Of a stretch of 64,000 nucleotides of DNA, positions 31,339 to 41,891 are shown one piece after another. Origin of the DNA: an uncultured Nitrospinota bacterium (GTDB lineage: Bacteria; Tectomicrobia; Entotheonellia; J063; CAVPRW01); NCBI GenBank assembly GCA_963707985.1, contig CAVPRW010000031.1, forward strand, positions 320,001 to 384,000, given 5' to 3'. The notes beneath the pieces are model-generated. The model had not been told where the DNA came from. It saw nothing but the letters and a program-made list of their open reading frames with translations, and did not search any database. The translations under genes and the position numbers were made by a program. The stretch's first letter is position 1. Each line of letters starts with the position of its first letter.

Positions 31339-31740
31339 ATGCGTCATTCAAATGAAGAAGAAATATATGAGTTGCTGGGTCAAGATCCCTTGACTTGGCT
31401 TGAGCAAGCCGAGTTTCTCAGGATGTCGGCAGTCCCAATACTGGACAAGCTCAGAGAGGTTCTGCCTGTTCCTCAAGTATATCCTGGAGTTCGTGAGCAA
31501 AAGGTGGCGTTCATAGACTCATTTATGCTCTTGATGGGTTTGTCATTTGAGAACCTCATCAAGGGCGTTCACATTGCGAAGACACCGAGTTGGTCTATTG
31601 AGGACAGAATGAAGATCTGGAAGTCACATCGTGGAGGGCACGGCCTATCAACACTGATTAAGGGGATTGCTTCATGGTTGTGGTTAGCCTGGTCACGGAT
31701 CGTCGAGTATTATTGCACCATCAATACCTTCGCCAAATAG
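31339..31740 (+). pseudogene. Hypothetical protein, probably truncated by IS-end and MITE insertions
   Basis: Low-GC ORF (MLLMGLSFENLIKG...GHGL) running into IS-derived sequence; its stop lies inside the MITE. Confidence 0.45.
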
Positions 31741-31854
31741 CGAAAAGGGGCAAAAACAGAGTTTTGGTTAAATCATAACTCATTGATTTTCCAGAACTTT
31801 GAAAATCCCATTTTTAGTAAAAATAGTCAAAAATCCAAATTGGCGAAGGTATTG
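31722..31854. mobile_element. 133-bp AT-rich MITE
   Basis: Perfect 15-bp IR CAATACCTTCGCCAA; 5-bp TSD ACCAT (31717-31721 and 31855-31859). Confidence 0.9.
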
Positions 31855-31905
31855 ACCATGAAAAGCCACTTTTTCCCACCTCAAAAAGGGCAAAAGTCGA
31901 GCTCA

Positions 31906-32774
31906 GAGGGTGTTTAAAAACTTTCCAACTGGTGCACAAGATGAGTTAATCTTGGGGTATGGAACCCCGAAAACCTTACCCGACCGACGTCAGTGACCAT
32001 GAGTGGGCATTGCTCCAACCCTATGTTCCTGAGCCCAAGCGTGGGGGACGACCAGAGAAGTACCCCAAGCGTGAAATCCTGAATGGGATCTTTTATATCG
32101 TGCGCGGTGGCTGTGCCTGGCGTATGCTGCCGCATGACTTCCCCCCGTGGCAAATCGTCTACCACGACTTTTGGATCTGGCGTCAGGACGGCACCTGGCA
32201 GCGGATGCATGACTTGCTCCGGGGCGATGTGCGAGTCGCCGCTGGCAACATTCCGACAGCCGAGTGCTGGCGTCATCGATAGTCAATCCATCAAGACCAC
32301 GGAAAAAGGGGGGTCCGTGGGTATGACGCGGCGAAGCAGGTCAAGGGGCGCAAGCGCCATATCATCGTCGATACCCTCGGGCTGCTCCTCCACGTGATGG
32401 TCACCGCGGCCCAGTGTGCAAGATCGCGTCGGGGCCATGTCCCTGCTGGACGTCCTGCGGCACCACTGCTCCCGCCTGCGCGTGATCTGGGCCGATCAGG
32501 CGTATGCCGGGGACCTCGTGGCTTGGGTGTGGGCCCTACGGCCCTGGCGCAAAGTCCGGCTGGAGATCGTCAAACGGCCTGAGGGCGCCAAGGGCTTTCT
32601 GCTCCTGCCGAAACGGTGGATCGTGGAGCGAACCTTCGCCTGGTTGGGCCGCTATCGCCGCTTATCAAAGGATGATGAGTATTTGACCCAGACGAGCGAA
32701 GCGATGATCCAAGTGGCGATGATCCATCTCATGGTGCGACGCTTGGCTCACATGACAGGTTCTTAAACACCCTC
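31906..32774 (+). mobile_element. IS5 family (IS1031-like) element with frameshifted transposase
   Basis: IRs GAGGGTGTTTAA(A/G)AAC; flanks TCA and TAA; YPTDVSDHEW, GCAWRMLPHDFPPW, IDSQS, WADQAY, RWIVERTFAW. Confidence 0.92.
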
Positions 32775-32898
32775 TAAGCGCCGCACCACCCGCAAGAGCC
32801 GGCATCCGGCCCAAGACTGAGGTGACGCTCCCCCTCTTACCCTTCCCTGTCCGTCCGCCGCCTTTAGCCAGCCGGGCCCCTCCCCTCGGCACGTTTTC

Positions 32899-33029
32899 TA
32901 GTGCACTTCCACAAGACCTGTTGTGCAAGCCCTCTTTCCTGGGAACGCCGGGCTCCAGCCCGGCCTACAAGGCCGCTGGAGCGTGGCGCTCCCAGGAGAA
33001 AGCACAAGAACTCCTGTGGAGATGCACTA
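32899..33029. mobile_element. IS630-type MITE (about 127 bp between TA duplications)
   Basis: C-TA-GTGCACTTCCACAAG ... CCTGTGGAGATGCAC-TA-G; 12/15 IR match. Confidence 0.6.
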
Positions 33030-33149
33030 GGAACATACTTGCCGCTTCCTGGGGAGAATCACTAATGCCGTCGCACAACCTGGCCACGGTCGCCGCATCG
33101 TGTTCTGCCCCAGGCTAGCTCCTGGCCAATCCCCACGACAGGCGCGTCC

Positions 33150-33480
33150 ATGGGGACTGCCAGGCGACTTTCTTGACCGCCGGCCAGCAGCCCCGTGTCA
33201 CATCAACGCTTTGACCCAGAGGCGCAGCGCTTCCTCAGACACCTGGAGCAGCGCGGCGATTTGGGCATATCTCTCACCAGCAGCGGCGACAAGCCTGGCC
33301 ATCATGCGCTTCGGAGTGCGTACATCTCTGCGATCTTCGACCTGGCGAAGCCCTCGCTCACGGGCTTTGCGAGTTGGGGTCGCTGGAGTCAGGCGAATCT
33401 CTGGCATGGTGAGGCCTCTGTGAGAAAGAGCTTTTGCTATGCCATACATGCTCGGAGGACTTTCCTCTAGCACCCAGCCC
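33150..33480 (-). pseudogene. IS630 transposase N-terminal HTH remnant
   Basis: AAGERYAQIAALLQVSEEALRLWVKALM. Confidence 0.6.
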
Positions 33481-33789
33481 AAAAACTTTTTCGTAAAGTC
33501 TGTAGCAACTGCTTCCTCTAGTCGCCGCTCACCTTGTAGTTTTAGAGGGCCTGTGATACCTACAACGCAGGTGGACGCTTGCGCAGAGGTGAGCGCGGTA
33601 TAGGACGAGACCTAACTCCAGCGTTTCAGCACGTTGCGGGCACACGGGAGGTAGGACACATTCAGGAGAGAAGAGCAGACGGCATTGGACGGACACAATG
33701 GCGACATCGAAGAGATGGAGGTGGCATACCGTGGCGTACTATTTTGGACATTGCCGGGCAACGGTGTGTGACCGAGGGATAGCTATGCC

Positions 33790-34206
33790 ATGACTATCAC
33801 GAATGAGATTGCCCCCAAACTGGAATGGCAGCTCTGACAAGAGGTTGGCAGAGTCGATCTAGCGCCAGAGGCGTATATTGTCGAGGCGGTGCAAGAGCGC
33901 CTGGCGCAGACACGACCTCGGCGCCGCTATAGGCTACGCTTATCGCCAGAGGAAGTGCATCTATTCTCGAAAATCAACCTTGGCATATCGCCACACAAGT
34001 GGGAGCGCTACCACGAACAGGTAGCGCGACGCAAAGCCGAGACCTTAACGCCGGACGAACAGATAGAATTGATTGCCCTGTCAGATCACGACGAAGAAGT
34101 GAATGCCCAGCGCATGGGGTATCTCGCAGAGTTGGCGCGGCTGCGAAATACCTCATTAGAGGCCCTGATCAGAGAGCTTGGATTGACGCCAACTTCTGAT
34201 GGCTGA
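33790..34206 (+). pseudogene. Hypothetical protein commonly paired with HNH genes; nonsense codon at 33835-33837
   Basis: MTITNEIAPKLEWQL*QE...LFSKINLG...RKAETLTPDEQIELI...RMGYLAELARLR. Confidence 0.6.
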
Positions 34207-34332
34207 ACCCCGGTGCCTGCCAGACAGCGAGAGAAAGTCCCCAGACGGGCACGCGCATACTGTGAAAATTGTCTGTCGCAGGAGCCGTACTCACCCGATC
34301 CGTTCTCGGTGGAACATATGCTCCCTCTATCC

Positions 34333-35824
34333 GAATGGCATTCAGTTAAGCTGCAACCTCTTTTCTACAAGCAGTTAGCACGACTGGAACACGCTGATCT
34401 GATCTGGCAAGATGGAGGCTCCACCCCGCTTGTTTAGAGGAGAGCCCCCATGGTACCCAGTGTGACGACCGTCCTGCAGCGCTTCAAAACCGATTGGGCC
34501 GCCCAACTGCAACCCGAGGCGATCCACGCCGCCTGCGAAGCCGTAGGCTATACCGCATGGCGTGACCGTCTCCTCAATCCGGTGATCACGGTGCACTTGT
34601 TTCTCTTGCAGATCCTCCATGGCAACACGGCCTGTCGCCATCTCCCCCATCTCGCCGGCTTCTATTTCAGTGCCTCTGCGTACTGCCAAGCCCGCGCCAA
34701 GCTCCCCATCCGCGTGCTCGAACACCTCTTGGAGCGCCTGGGTCAGTCTAACCAGGCCACCGTCGCCGAGGAAGGTCGCTGGCATGGACATCGGACGTTT
34801 TTTGTCGATGGTTCGGGCTGCTCCATGCCGGATACACCAGTATTGCAGGCAGAGTTTGGGCAGCCCTCCGAGCAACGCCCCGGCTGTGGCTTCCCTGTCG
34901 CCCGCCTGTTGGCCCTTTTTCATGCCGGTACTGGGCTCTTAACCCAGCTGGTCAGCGCGCCCTTGCTGACCCACGATCTAGCACTCGTGCAACACGTCCA
35001 TCCTGCCTTAGCCTCCGAGGATGTGCTGGTCGCCGACCGGGGGTTGTGTTCATATGCCCATATCGCCCTGCTCGTCCGGCTGGGGATGCATGCGGTGTTC
35101 CGGGTCGGCTCACGGCAGATTGTGGACTTCACGCCGCACCGCCCCTTTGTCATGCCGGCGACCAGGCGCTCTGCATCCATCAAAGGGCTCCCACGGTCCC
35201 GCTGGATCAGCGTCTTTAGCAAAGACGACCAACTGGTTGAATGGTTCAAGCCCCGCACCTGTCCGCCCTGGCTCAGTCCCGACGCCCTGGAGGCCCTGCC
35301 GCCGTCGTTGGTGGTGCGCGAGCTCCGCTATCACGTGACCCAGCGCGGGTTTCGCTCGCGCCAGATCACTGTCGTCACCACCTTGATCGATGCGGAGCGC
35401 TACCCATGTGCGGACTTAGCCGAGCTCTACCAGCAGCGTTGGGAAGCCGAAACCCATCTGGCACAACTCAAGACCACGATGAAGATGGACGTGCTCCATT
35501 GTCAAACCGTGTTGGGGGTCCACAAGGAACTCCTCGTTTTTGCCATCCTCTATAATCTCGTGCGCCTCGTCATGCTGCAATCGGCTAAACAACAACAGGT
35601 CGGCGTGGAACGGATCAGCTTTCTGGACGCTTTGCGATGGCTCGGAGCCCCTGCCACCGGTGTGCTGTTGGAGGCCTGATTCGTTAATCCCACGCGGCCC
35701 AACCGCGTCGAGCCTCGGGTCAAAAAGCGGCGCCCCAAAGCCTTCCCCTTCATGACGAAATCACGTCGTGCATTGCGTCAAGCCTTGCTGCAACAACAAC
35801 TTGGAGACTAACTGAATGCCATTC
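34333..35824 (+). mobile_element. IS4 family element, 1492 bp
   Basis: 16-bp IR GAATGGCATTCAGTTA; 10-bp TSD CCCTCTATCC (34323-34332 and 35825-35834). Confidence 0.95.
34450..35811 (+). pseudogene. IS4 DDE transposase with a premature TGA at 35677-35679
   Basis: FVDGS, VADRG, LYQQRWEAE; reading continues in frame FVNPTRPNRVEPRVKKRRPK to TAA at the right IR. Confidence 0.85.
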
Positions 35825-36510
35825 CCCTCTATCCAAGGGTGGTACGCATGCCCCTGACAATTGGCGTGGTCCTGCCAGGGGTGTAACAATCGCAAATACG
35901 TGAGTACCGAAGCCCTTGACCCCGTGACTGGCTATACAGTGCCGCTCTATCATCCGCTCCGGAATCGCTGGTTAGCGCATTTTGCGTGGAATAAGGCTGA
36001 TACATTGGTGATAGGCTTGACCCCAACTGGCCGGGCAACCGTGGAAAAGCGAAAGGAGAATTGGGCGGGTGTTGTGAATCTGCGTCGGAATTTGTCCTCA
36101 ATAGACATACATCCCCCGGAGACTTGAGTCGTCATACTGTGTACGATTATCAGCGCTTCTTGAAGAGTGGCACCTCTTCTCCTGGCGGCACGAGTCGGCT
36201 CCAGATCGCCCGACAATGGGTCATGAAATCTTGATAAGCCGTCTCCTCAGGCATTCCCACCACCTCTGTTGTTTGCATGCTGAGCAATAGCCTACACGCT
36301 CTCCGCCTAGATTGGGAACACACGGTCTGCACTCCGGCGACGCTCTCGTCGAGATGTCTCTTGTCCTGCCCATTGCCTTCACGCCAATGCCTCGAGTAAT
36401 CCCTTGGCTTCTCGTAGGTCGGCGCTGCCAGTGCCTCGGCCAGCGCCACGAGCCCCTCGGTTGTCTGCCCCGCCTGGGCGGATGCCTCGGCGAGCAAGGC
36501 CAGGGGTTCC

Positions 36511-37470
36511 GGTCGGTCCCTTATCCCCCCCGTTGATCGATAGGCGGACAGCCCCGTAGGGTGTACTGGCGATTAAATTCCGATGGTTATCGACGCAAAC
36601 ACAAGCAAGCCCAGTCGGTTGGGCATCATCGATAACAATGCGCACGACTTCAACCAACCCTCCAGAGCGATTGAGCCCAAAGATGGATCGTGATTGATTG
36701 ACTATGTAGAGATTGTCGGCTTCATCGAAGCGGATTTGCTGGAGCCTTCGAAGTCCCTGGTAATATACCGTTTGCTGTCCTGGTGAGAGGTGGGCTACCT
36801 CGATCTTAGCAGAGGAGAATAATCCCTGCCACTCAGCCTCAATCGTCACAAATCCAAATTCCTTCGGGTATAGAATACCGCCCTTGACGAACGCGACCCG
36901 GACGTTTGATGACTTCCAGTGGGTTATGCTGGTGACGTCCTCCTCTTGCCATGCTGAACCATCGCTCTTGTACGCGCGGACATTGAGAGTTCGCTTTTCG
37001 TTCACCTCGGTATGAACCGGTAGAGGGAAAAACCCGGATGCTTCCATCGGGACTCACCCAGTTCACCGAGGATTTGGGGCTTTGCGATGAGAGCGCCGCT
37101 CCACGCCTCGTGGATTTGTCCATTACGCGGACCCCGATACCATGATTCCTCTACTGCCTCATCCCCGAAGCGACCGTCTAAGATGTACTGGCCCGCCTGG
37201 TATCTCCCTGGGGGCGTCGGAATACTCGTTGTGTGCTGCCTCCCAAAATCTAACACCGAATACAGCAGACCCACGACCGTTTCCCGTCGGATCTTGCAAT
37301 GCCTATCAACGTAGAGGGGGATATCAGCTGCGATGACTTGGTACAGATTCTGTATATGCGGCTCGAGTGAGTGACAATCGCCGAACACCTCCGTCGTGCC
37401 GCCATGCTCGCTCTCTAAGTGCAGAATTCCCGAAAACCCAGAAGGGAGGATGACCTCAATGGTAGACTGA
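36511..37470 (-). pseudogene. Fragmented protein with an Ig-like (Big_2) segment and NHL/beta-propeller repeat, joined to a TPR-regulator fragment (36380-36500)
   Basis: THWKSSNVRVAFVKGG...GFVTIEAE; IRFDEADNLYIVN; QPTGLACVCVDNHRNL; frameshift near 37045. Confidence 0.45.
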
Positions 37471-38174
37471 CGCTTGCCGACGATTGGTGCGGGCGCGTTA
37501 CCTGCTATGATACTTGTGACCTAATCAAGGTTCTCACCCCGAATCTCTGCGCGTGGCTGGTCGTGTGAGCCGATAATCCGGACCGCCTGCGCCTTCGGGA
37601 AGCGATTACGGCCACGGCGGTCATGAGGGTGGTATGCCGCTGGGCGGCAGTGATGAAGCCCTGCGAGATCACAGCGAGTCGTATGGAGGCGGGAGCGCAT
37701 ATGCCACCCTGCCCGTGCAGGCTCATGCCGGTCGTGACACGCGTGCGAGGGTAAGCCCGACTTGGCCAAAATTTCGCCTTTCGCTACCCCGAGCCCCGTA
37801 GTGAATTTGCCGCAGATCATTGATCGGGAACTCAAGGAGTGATGTCTCCCGGTCGATGCGCTCGAGCGTTGAGGATGCGCCTTCCAGAAAGGAAATGGTG
37901 GAAGCAGCCCGTGAGGGATTGATCATCGGTATTGTCCGAGGCGCTACGAAGGAACGTCATTTAATATCCCCTGAATCTTTCAAATGACAACCAAGAGAAC
38001 GGAGAACGAAGTCAAGGCAAGTCACGATGGGAACTTTTTGCTTGCAGCATGCAGGCATATGCCCGTATAATTCCGGGAAAAACCACTATTGGAGCGGGTT
38101 TGAACCGAATTGCGGTCAGTATCGATCAGCCAGGGAAGTGCCTGGCCACATCTGTTATCGTGTGAGAGGAATGC

Positions 38175-39080
38175 GTGAAGCTCTGGGCTGATCTGCGAAA
38201 GGCATGGAAAACTATGCTGGAGCCGTATCGTATGTATCCGGGCCCGCCAAAAACCTTGTTCACCAAGACCAGCAACCACCATCAGATTAGTGTCACGGAC
38301 GACGGCGAGGTCCGGCACCTCAAGTTTGGTGATTCACTCCAAAGCGGCATGTACGTTGTCGACCCGGTAAAAAGCGACTTCCGTTACACGGAATATTTTC
38401 ATCTAGCCTGGGTCTTCAAGCGCGATATCCGGTCAGTGCTGTTCCTCGGGCTTGGGGGCGGGTCCACACCCAAGAAGTTTCATGCGGATTATCCCTCGAT
38501 CACCATGGATATCGTCGAGATCGACCCGGCAGTGGTTGAGGTGGCGGAACGCTTTTTTCACTTTCAGTCTGGGCCACGCCTGAACGTCATCGTGGATGAT
38601 GCGCGGGCGTACTTGGAAACAACCGACAAACGCTATGATCTGATCGTGCATGATGCCTACTTTTCAGAGGCGGTGCCGTTTCACCTCATGACCCGGGAAT
38701 TCTTCCATACCGCGGTGCAACGCTTGACGCCGACAGGTGTATTCGCCTTCAACCTCATCAGCGATGTCGTCGGCCCCGAGAGCTCGCTCTTCCGTGCGGT
38801 CTATAAGTGCTGGCAAGAGCTGTTCACGGCGATCCATGTGTTTCCGGTCGAGGGCAAACGCAACATCGCTATGATCGGCTGCCGCACAGGTGAGCTCGTA
38901 CCTAAGGATGAGGTGGTCAGACGCGCCGCACAGTTGCGTGAGGAGTGGGGCAATGTGCCGCTACTCGAGACGCATGCGAAACATATGCGGACAGCCAAAG
39001 TGCGTACCGATGATATCCCCTTCCTCACGGATGAGGTGTCTGGTCCTGAGGGGGGCCGAGGCTACATGTCGGTGCGCTAA
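38175..39080 (+). CDS. Spermidine-synthase-like SAM-dependent transferase
   Basis: VLFLGLGGGS, IVEIDPAVVEVA, DDARAYL, YDLIVHDAY, PFHLMTREF. Confidence 0.88.
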   Translation: MKLWADLRKAWKTMLEPYRMYPGPPKTLFTKTSNHHQISVTDDGEVRHLKFGDSLQSGMYVVDPVKSDFRYTEYFHLAWVFKRDIRSVLFLGLGGGSTPKKFHADYPSITMDIVEIDPAVVEVAERFFHFQSGPRLNVIVDDARAYLETTDKRYDLIVHDAYFSEAVPFHLMTREFFHTAVQRLTPTGVFAFNLISDVVGPESSLFRAVYKCWQELFTAIHVFPVEGKRNIAMIGCRTGELVPKDEVVRRAAQLREEWGNVPLLETHAKHMRTAKVRTDDIPFLTDEVSGPEGGRGYMSVR

Positions 39081-39115
39081 CGGCTGAACGCCAGACGACA
39101 GGCAAACGTCATCTG

Positions 39116-39880
39116 ATGAATCTTGGGGTCTTCAGTCTTGAAGGACGCACCGCTATCGTCACCGGAGCCAGCGGCGGGCTTGGGAAAGAGACGGCGCTGG
39201 CCTTCGCCGAGGTCGGCTGTGATGTCGCCATTGCCGCACGCAATCGGCAGGCGCTCGAAGAGGTAGCGGCGGCGGTGGAGCGGAAAGGGCGTCGTTGTCT
39301 CGCCGTACAAACCGATATCACCCAGGCCGCCGAGGTGCAACGCCTGATCGATCGCACCGTCGAGCGCTTTCAGAGGATCGATATCCTGGTCAACAATGCC
39401 GCTATCGCGGTGGAGAAACTCATTGCCGATCTCAGCGAAGCCGAATGGCGTCGTGTCATCGAGACTGACCTGAATGGCACCTTCTTTTGCTCCCAGGCCG
39501 CTGGCAAACACATGATGCAACAAGGCGGCGGACGAATTATCAACGTCGTCTCGGCAGCCGGACTCGTGGCCGTACCGCTCTTGGGAGCATACGGCGCCGC
39601 CAAGGGAGGAGTCGTGCAGTTCACGCGAGTCCTGGCCGCCGAGTGGGCACGTTATCAAATCACGGTCAATGCCCTCGCTCCCGGCTATTTTCTCTCGCCG
39701 ATGAATGAGGCACGCTTTGCGGACCCTGACATTCTTCACAACACCACCCGTCGCATCCCGATGAGACGCCTTGCCACCTACGACGACCTGACCCCAGCGC
39801 TGATTTTTCTGGCATCGGAGGCGGCCAAGTACATGACCGGTCAAGTGATTGTCGTCGATGGCGGCTGGACGATCCTCTGA
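39116..39880 (+). CDS. SDR family oxidoreductase
   Basis: TGASGGLG, NNAA, YGAAK, VNALAPG, VDGG. Confidence 0.95.
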   Translation: MNLGVFSLEGRTAIVTGASGGLGKETALAFAEVGCDVAIAARNRQALEEVAAAVERKGRRCLAVQTDITQAAEVQRLIDRTVERFQRIDILVNNAAIAVEKLIADLSEAEWRRVIETDLNGTFFCSQAAGKHMMQQGGGRIINVVSAAGLVAVPLLGAYGAAKGGVVQFTRVLAAEWARYQITVNALAPGYFLSPMNEARFADPDILHNTTRRIPMRRLATYDDLTPALIFLASEAAKYMTGQVIVVDGGWTIL

Positions 39881-39885
39881 GACAC

Positions 39886-40719
39886 ATGCTCTGTCACACG
39901 TTTCAACATATTCCAGGCCTTGGTGAACGCCGGGAGCGCGCCCTCTGGCGCCGTGGCATCTCGACCTGGGATGACTTCCTGGCGGCTCCCCAGCGTAGCG
40001 GCTTGCCGTCAACGTTGCTGCACGACGCCGAGGCCATCCTTCACCTGTCGCAGGAGGCCCTGCGTCAGGGGAACATCTATTTTTTCGCGCAACTGTTGCC
40101 CGTGCGCGAGCATTGGCGTCTCTATGGTGATTTTCAGGACGTGACCGCCTATCTCGACATCGAAACCGGACCACTGGGGCATGGCCGACAGGGTATCACC
40201 GTCATTGGCCTCTTCGATGGGCAGGAGTTTCGGTCCTTCGTGCGAGGTCACAACCTGCATACCTTTGAGGACCATCTGCGACGGTATGACCTGCTGGTCA
40301 CCTTTAACGGCAAGAGCTTCGATTTGCCGGTGATCGAGCGTGAGTTGGGGATTCCCATCTACCAGGCGCAGATCGATCTCAGACTGTTGCTGCACCGGCT
40401 TGGCTACCAGGGCGGTTTGAAGCGTATCGAGCGGCAGTGGGGGATCGACCGGGAGGGTGAGATCGCGGGCTTAACCGGTTTTGATGCAGTCTTGCTCTGG
40501 GCCCGCTATCGGCACGGCGACGTCGCGGCGCTGCAGCGGCTCATCGCCTACAATCGTGCTGATGTGGTAAACCTCGAAGTCTTGTTACAGCGCGGCTATG
40601 CGCTGGCCCGAGATCAGATCAGGGCCGCCGCCGACGAGACCGTCCCGGGTAAGGTTGGCGGGACGGTGAAAGGATCGACATCATATGGCATTGCTGAATC
40701 CGGTCGCACGCCAGATTGA
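39886..40719 (+). CDS. RNase H-like (YprB / RNase_H_2) exonuclease
   Basis: YLDIETG, LVTFNGKSFD, GGLKRIE, YNRADV. Confidence 0.85.
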   Translation: MLCHTFQHIPGLGERRERALWRRGISTWDDFLAAPQRSGLPSTLLHDAEAILHLSQEALRQGNIYFFAQLLPVREHWRLYGDFQDVTAYLDIETGPLGHGRQGITVIGLFDGQEFRSFVRGHNLHTFEDHLRRYDLLVTFNGKSFDLPVIERELGIPIYQAQIDLRLLLHRLGYQGGLKRIERQWGIDREGEIAGLTGFDAVLLWARYRHGDVAALQRLIAYNRADVVNLEVLLQRGYALARDQIRAAADETVPGKVGGTVKGSTSYGIAESGRTPD

Positions 40720-41716
40720 CCCCGAGTTACACGCCATCACGGCGTGGCTGCAGGGACCAGGGAGCGATCATTTTCTGGTCACCTCGCACGTGCATCCCGA
40801 CGGCGACGGACTGGCGTCGATGTTGGCCTGTGGGCGCATCCTCCGCCATCTCGGCAAGCAGGTGTGGCTCGTGACCGATGGCATGCTGTCGCCACGCTAT
40901 GGCTACTTGCCCCAGATCGACACGGTCGTCTCATACCGACAAGGCTTAGAGGCTGAGTTGCCGGTGGCCAATGTCATCACTGTCGATGTGCCGACCTTAT
41001 CGCGGCTTGAGCGCGTGGCCCGTCTCATCCCTCCTGAGGCGGCAATCTTAAAAATCGATCATCATCCGAGCGACGACCACTTCGGGCGCTTCAATTATGT
41101 CGACACGGCAGCCAGTTCGACGGCGGAGCTCGTCTATCGTCTCTGCATGGCCCTGGGAATTCCCTTCGATGCGGCACTGGGAACCTGGCTCTATACCGGG
41201 CTTGCCTTCGATACCGGCCGCTTTCGCCATTCCTCGACAACCCCGGAAGCGTTGATCATCGCCGGGGAAATGGTACGCGCCGGTGCCAACCCACAGCTCA
41301 TCGCAGAACAACTGTTTTATGAGTATCGGCCGACGACCTTATCCCTGCTGGCATCTACGCTGCAGTCGTTGGAGTGCGTGCTGGATGGGCGGGTGTCGAT
41401 CCTCGCGCTCGATCATGCGATTCTGGGACAGGCGCGCTACGGCGACGAAGATATGGATGGCTTCATCGATTATGCGGTGTCCTTGCAGGGGGTCGAGGTC
41501 GCCCTGTTTTTGCGCGAGCACGAACCTGGCCAGATTCGCATTAGCCTACGTGCCAAGCATGATGTCGATGTGCGAGCCGTGGCTGAGGTCTTTGGCGGCG
41601 GCGGCCATCGCAAGGCCGCCGGAGCACGTATGACGGGGACACTTGCCGAGGCTAAAACCCGGCTGCTACAGGAGATTCAGCGGCATCTAGAACCGTCAAA
41701 CGAACGGTCGGCTTGA
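40685..41716 (+). CDS. nrnA: DHH/DHHA1 oligoribonuclease / pAp phosphatase
   Basis: HVHPDGDG, IDHH, DTGRF, SLRAK, GGGGHRKAAG. Confidence 0.9.
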   Translation: MALLNPVARQIDPELHAITAWLQGPGSDHFLVTSHVHPDGDGLASMLACGRILRHLGKQVWLVTDGMLSPRYGYLPQIDTVVSYRQGLEAELPVANVITVDVPTLSRLERVARLIPPEAAILKIDHHPSDDHFGRFNYVDTAASSTAELVYRLCMALGIPFDAALGTWLYTGLAFDTGRFRHSSTTPEALIIAGEMVRAGANPQLIAEQLFYEYRPTTLSLLASTLQSLECVLDGRVSILALDHAILGQARYGDEDMDGFIDYAVSLQGVEVALFLREHEPGQIRISLRAKHDVDVRAVAEVFGGGGHRKAAGARMTGTLAEAKTRLLQEIQRHLEPSNERSA

Positions 41717-41741
41717 CGACTAAGGGTTTTTTCTCTAGACT
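41713..41741 (+). promoter_or_regulatory. Sigma70-type promoter upstream of mtaB
   Basis: TTGACG-17 bp-TAGACT. Confidence 0.6.
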
Positions 41742-41891
41742 GCCGGACGGTATGGAGCATCGTGGTCTTCCTCAGATTTTTCCCGATCTCCAGGCAGCGG
41801 AGATCGGGGGTTTCGATCACACCGCTGTACTCGCCGGTCCAAGTGAGTCGGGAAGAGGCTGAGCGCGGTAGATACAGAAACGGGAGCCGTC

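Larger units (their letters stand above)
34199..36127 (+). pseudogene. HNH endonuclease interrupted by IS4 and frameshifted
   Basis: CENC...FSVEHMLPLS | KGG...AWSCQGCNNRK...LYHPLR..W..HFAW..GLTPTGRAT. Confidence 0.85.

Noticed and set aside
39077..40174. Long antisense ORFs (also 12557-13561, 28421-29392, 42907-44052, 46165-47133)
   Set aside because: Shadow ORFs opposite well-supported genes in high-GC DNA.
41745..41840. tRNA or tRNA-Sec (GGTTTCGATC resembles a T-loop)
   Set aside because: No acceptor, anticodon or T stems can be built.
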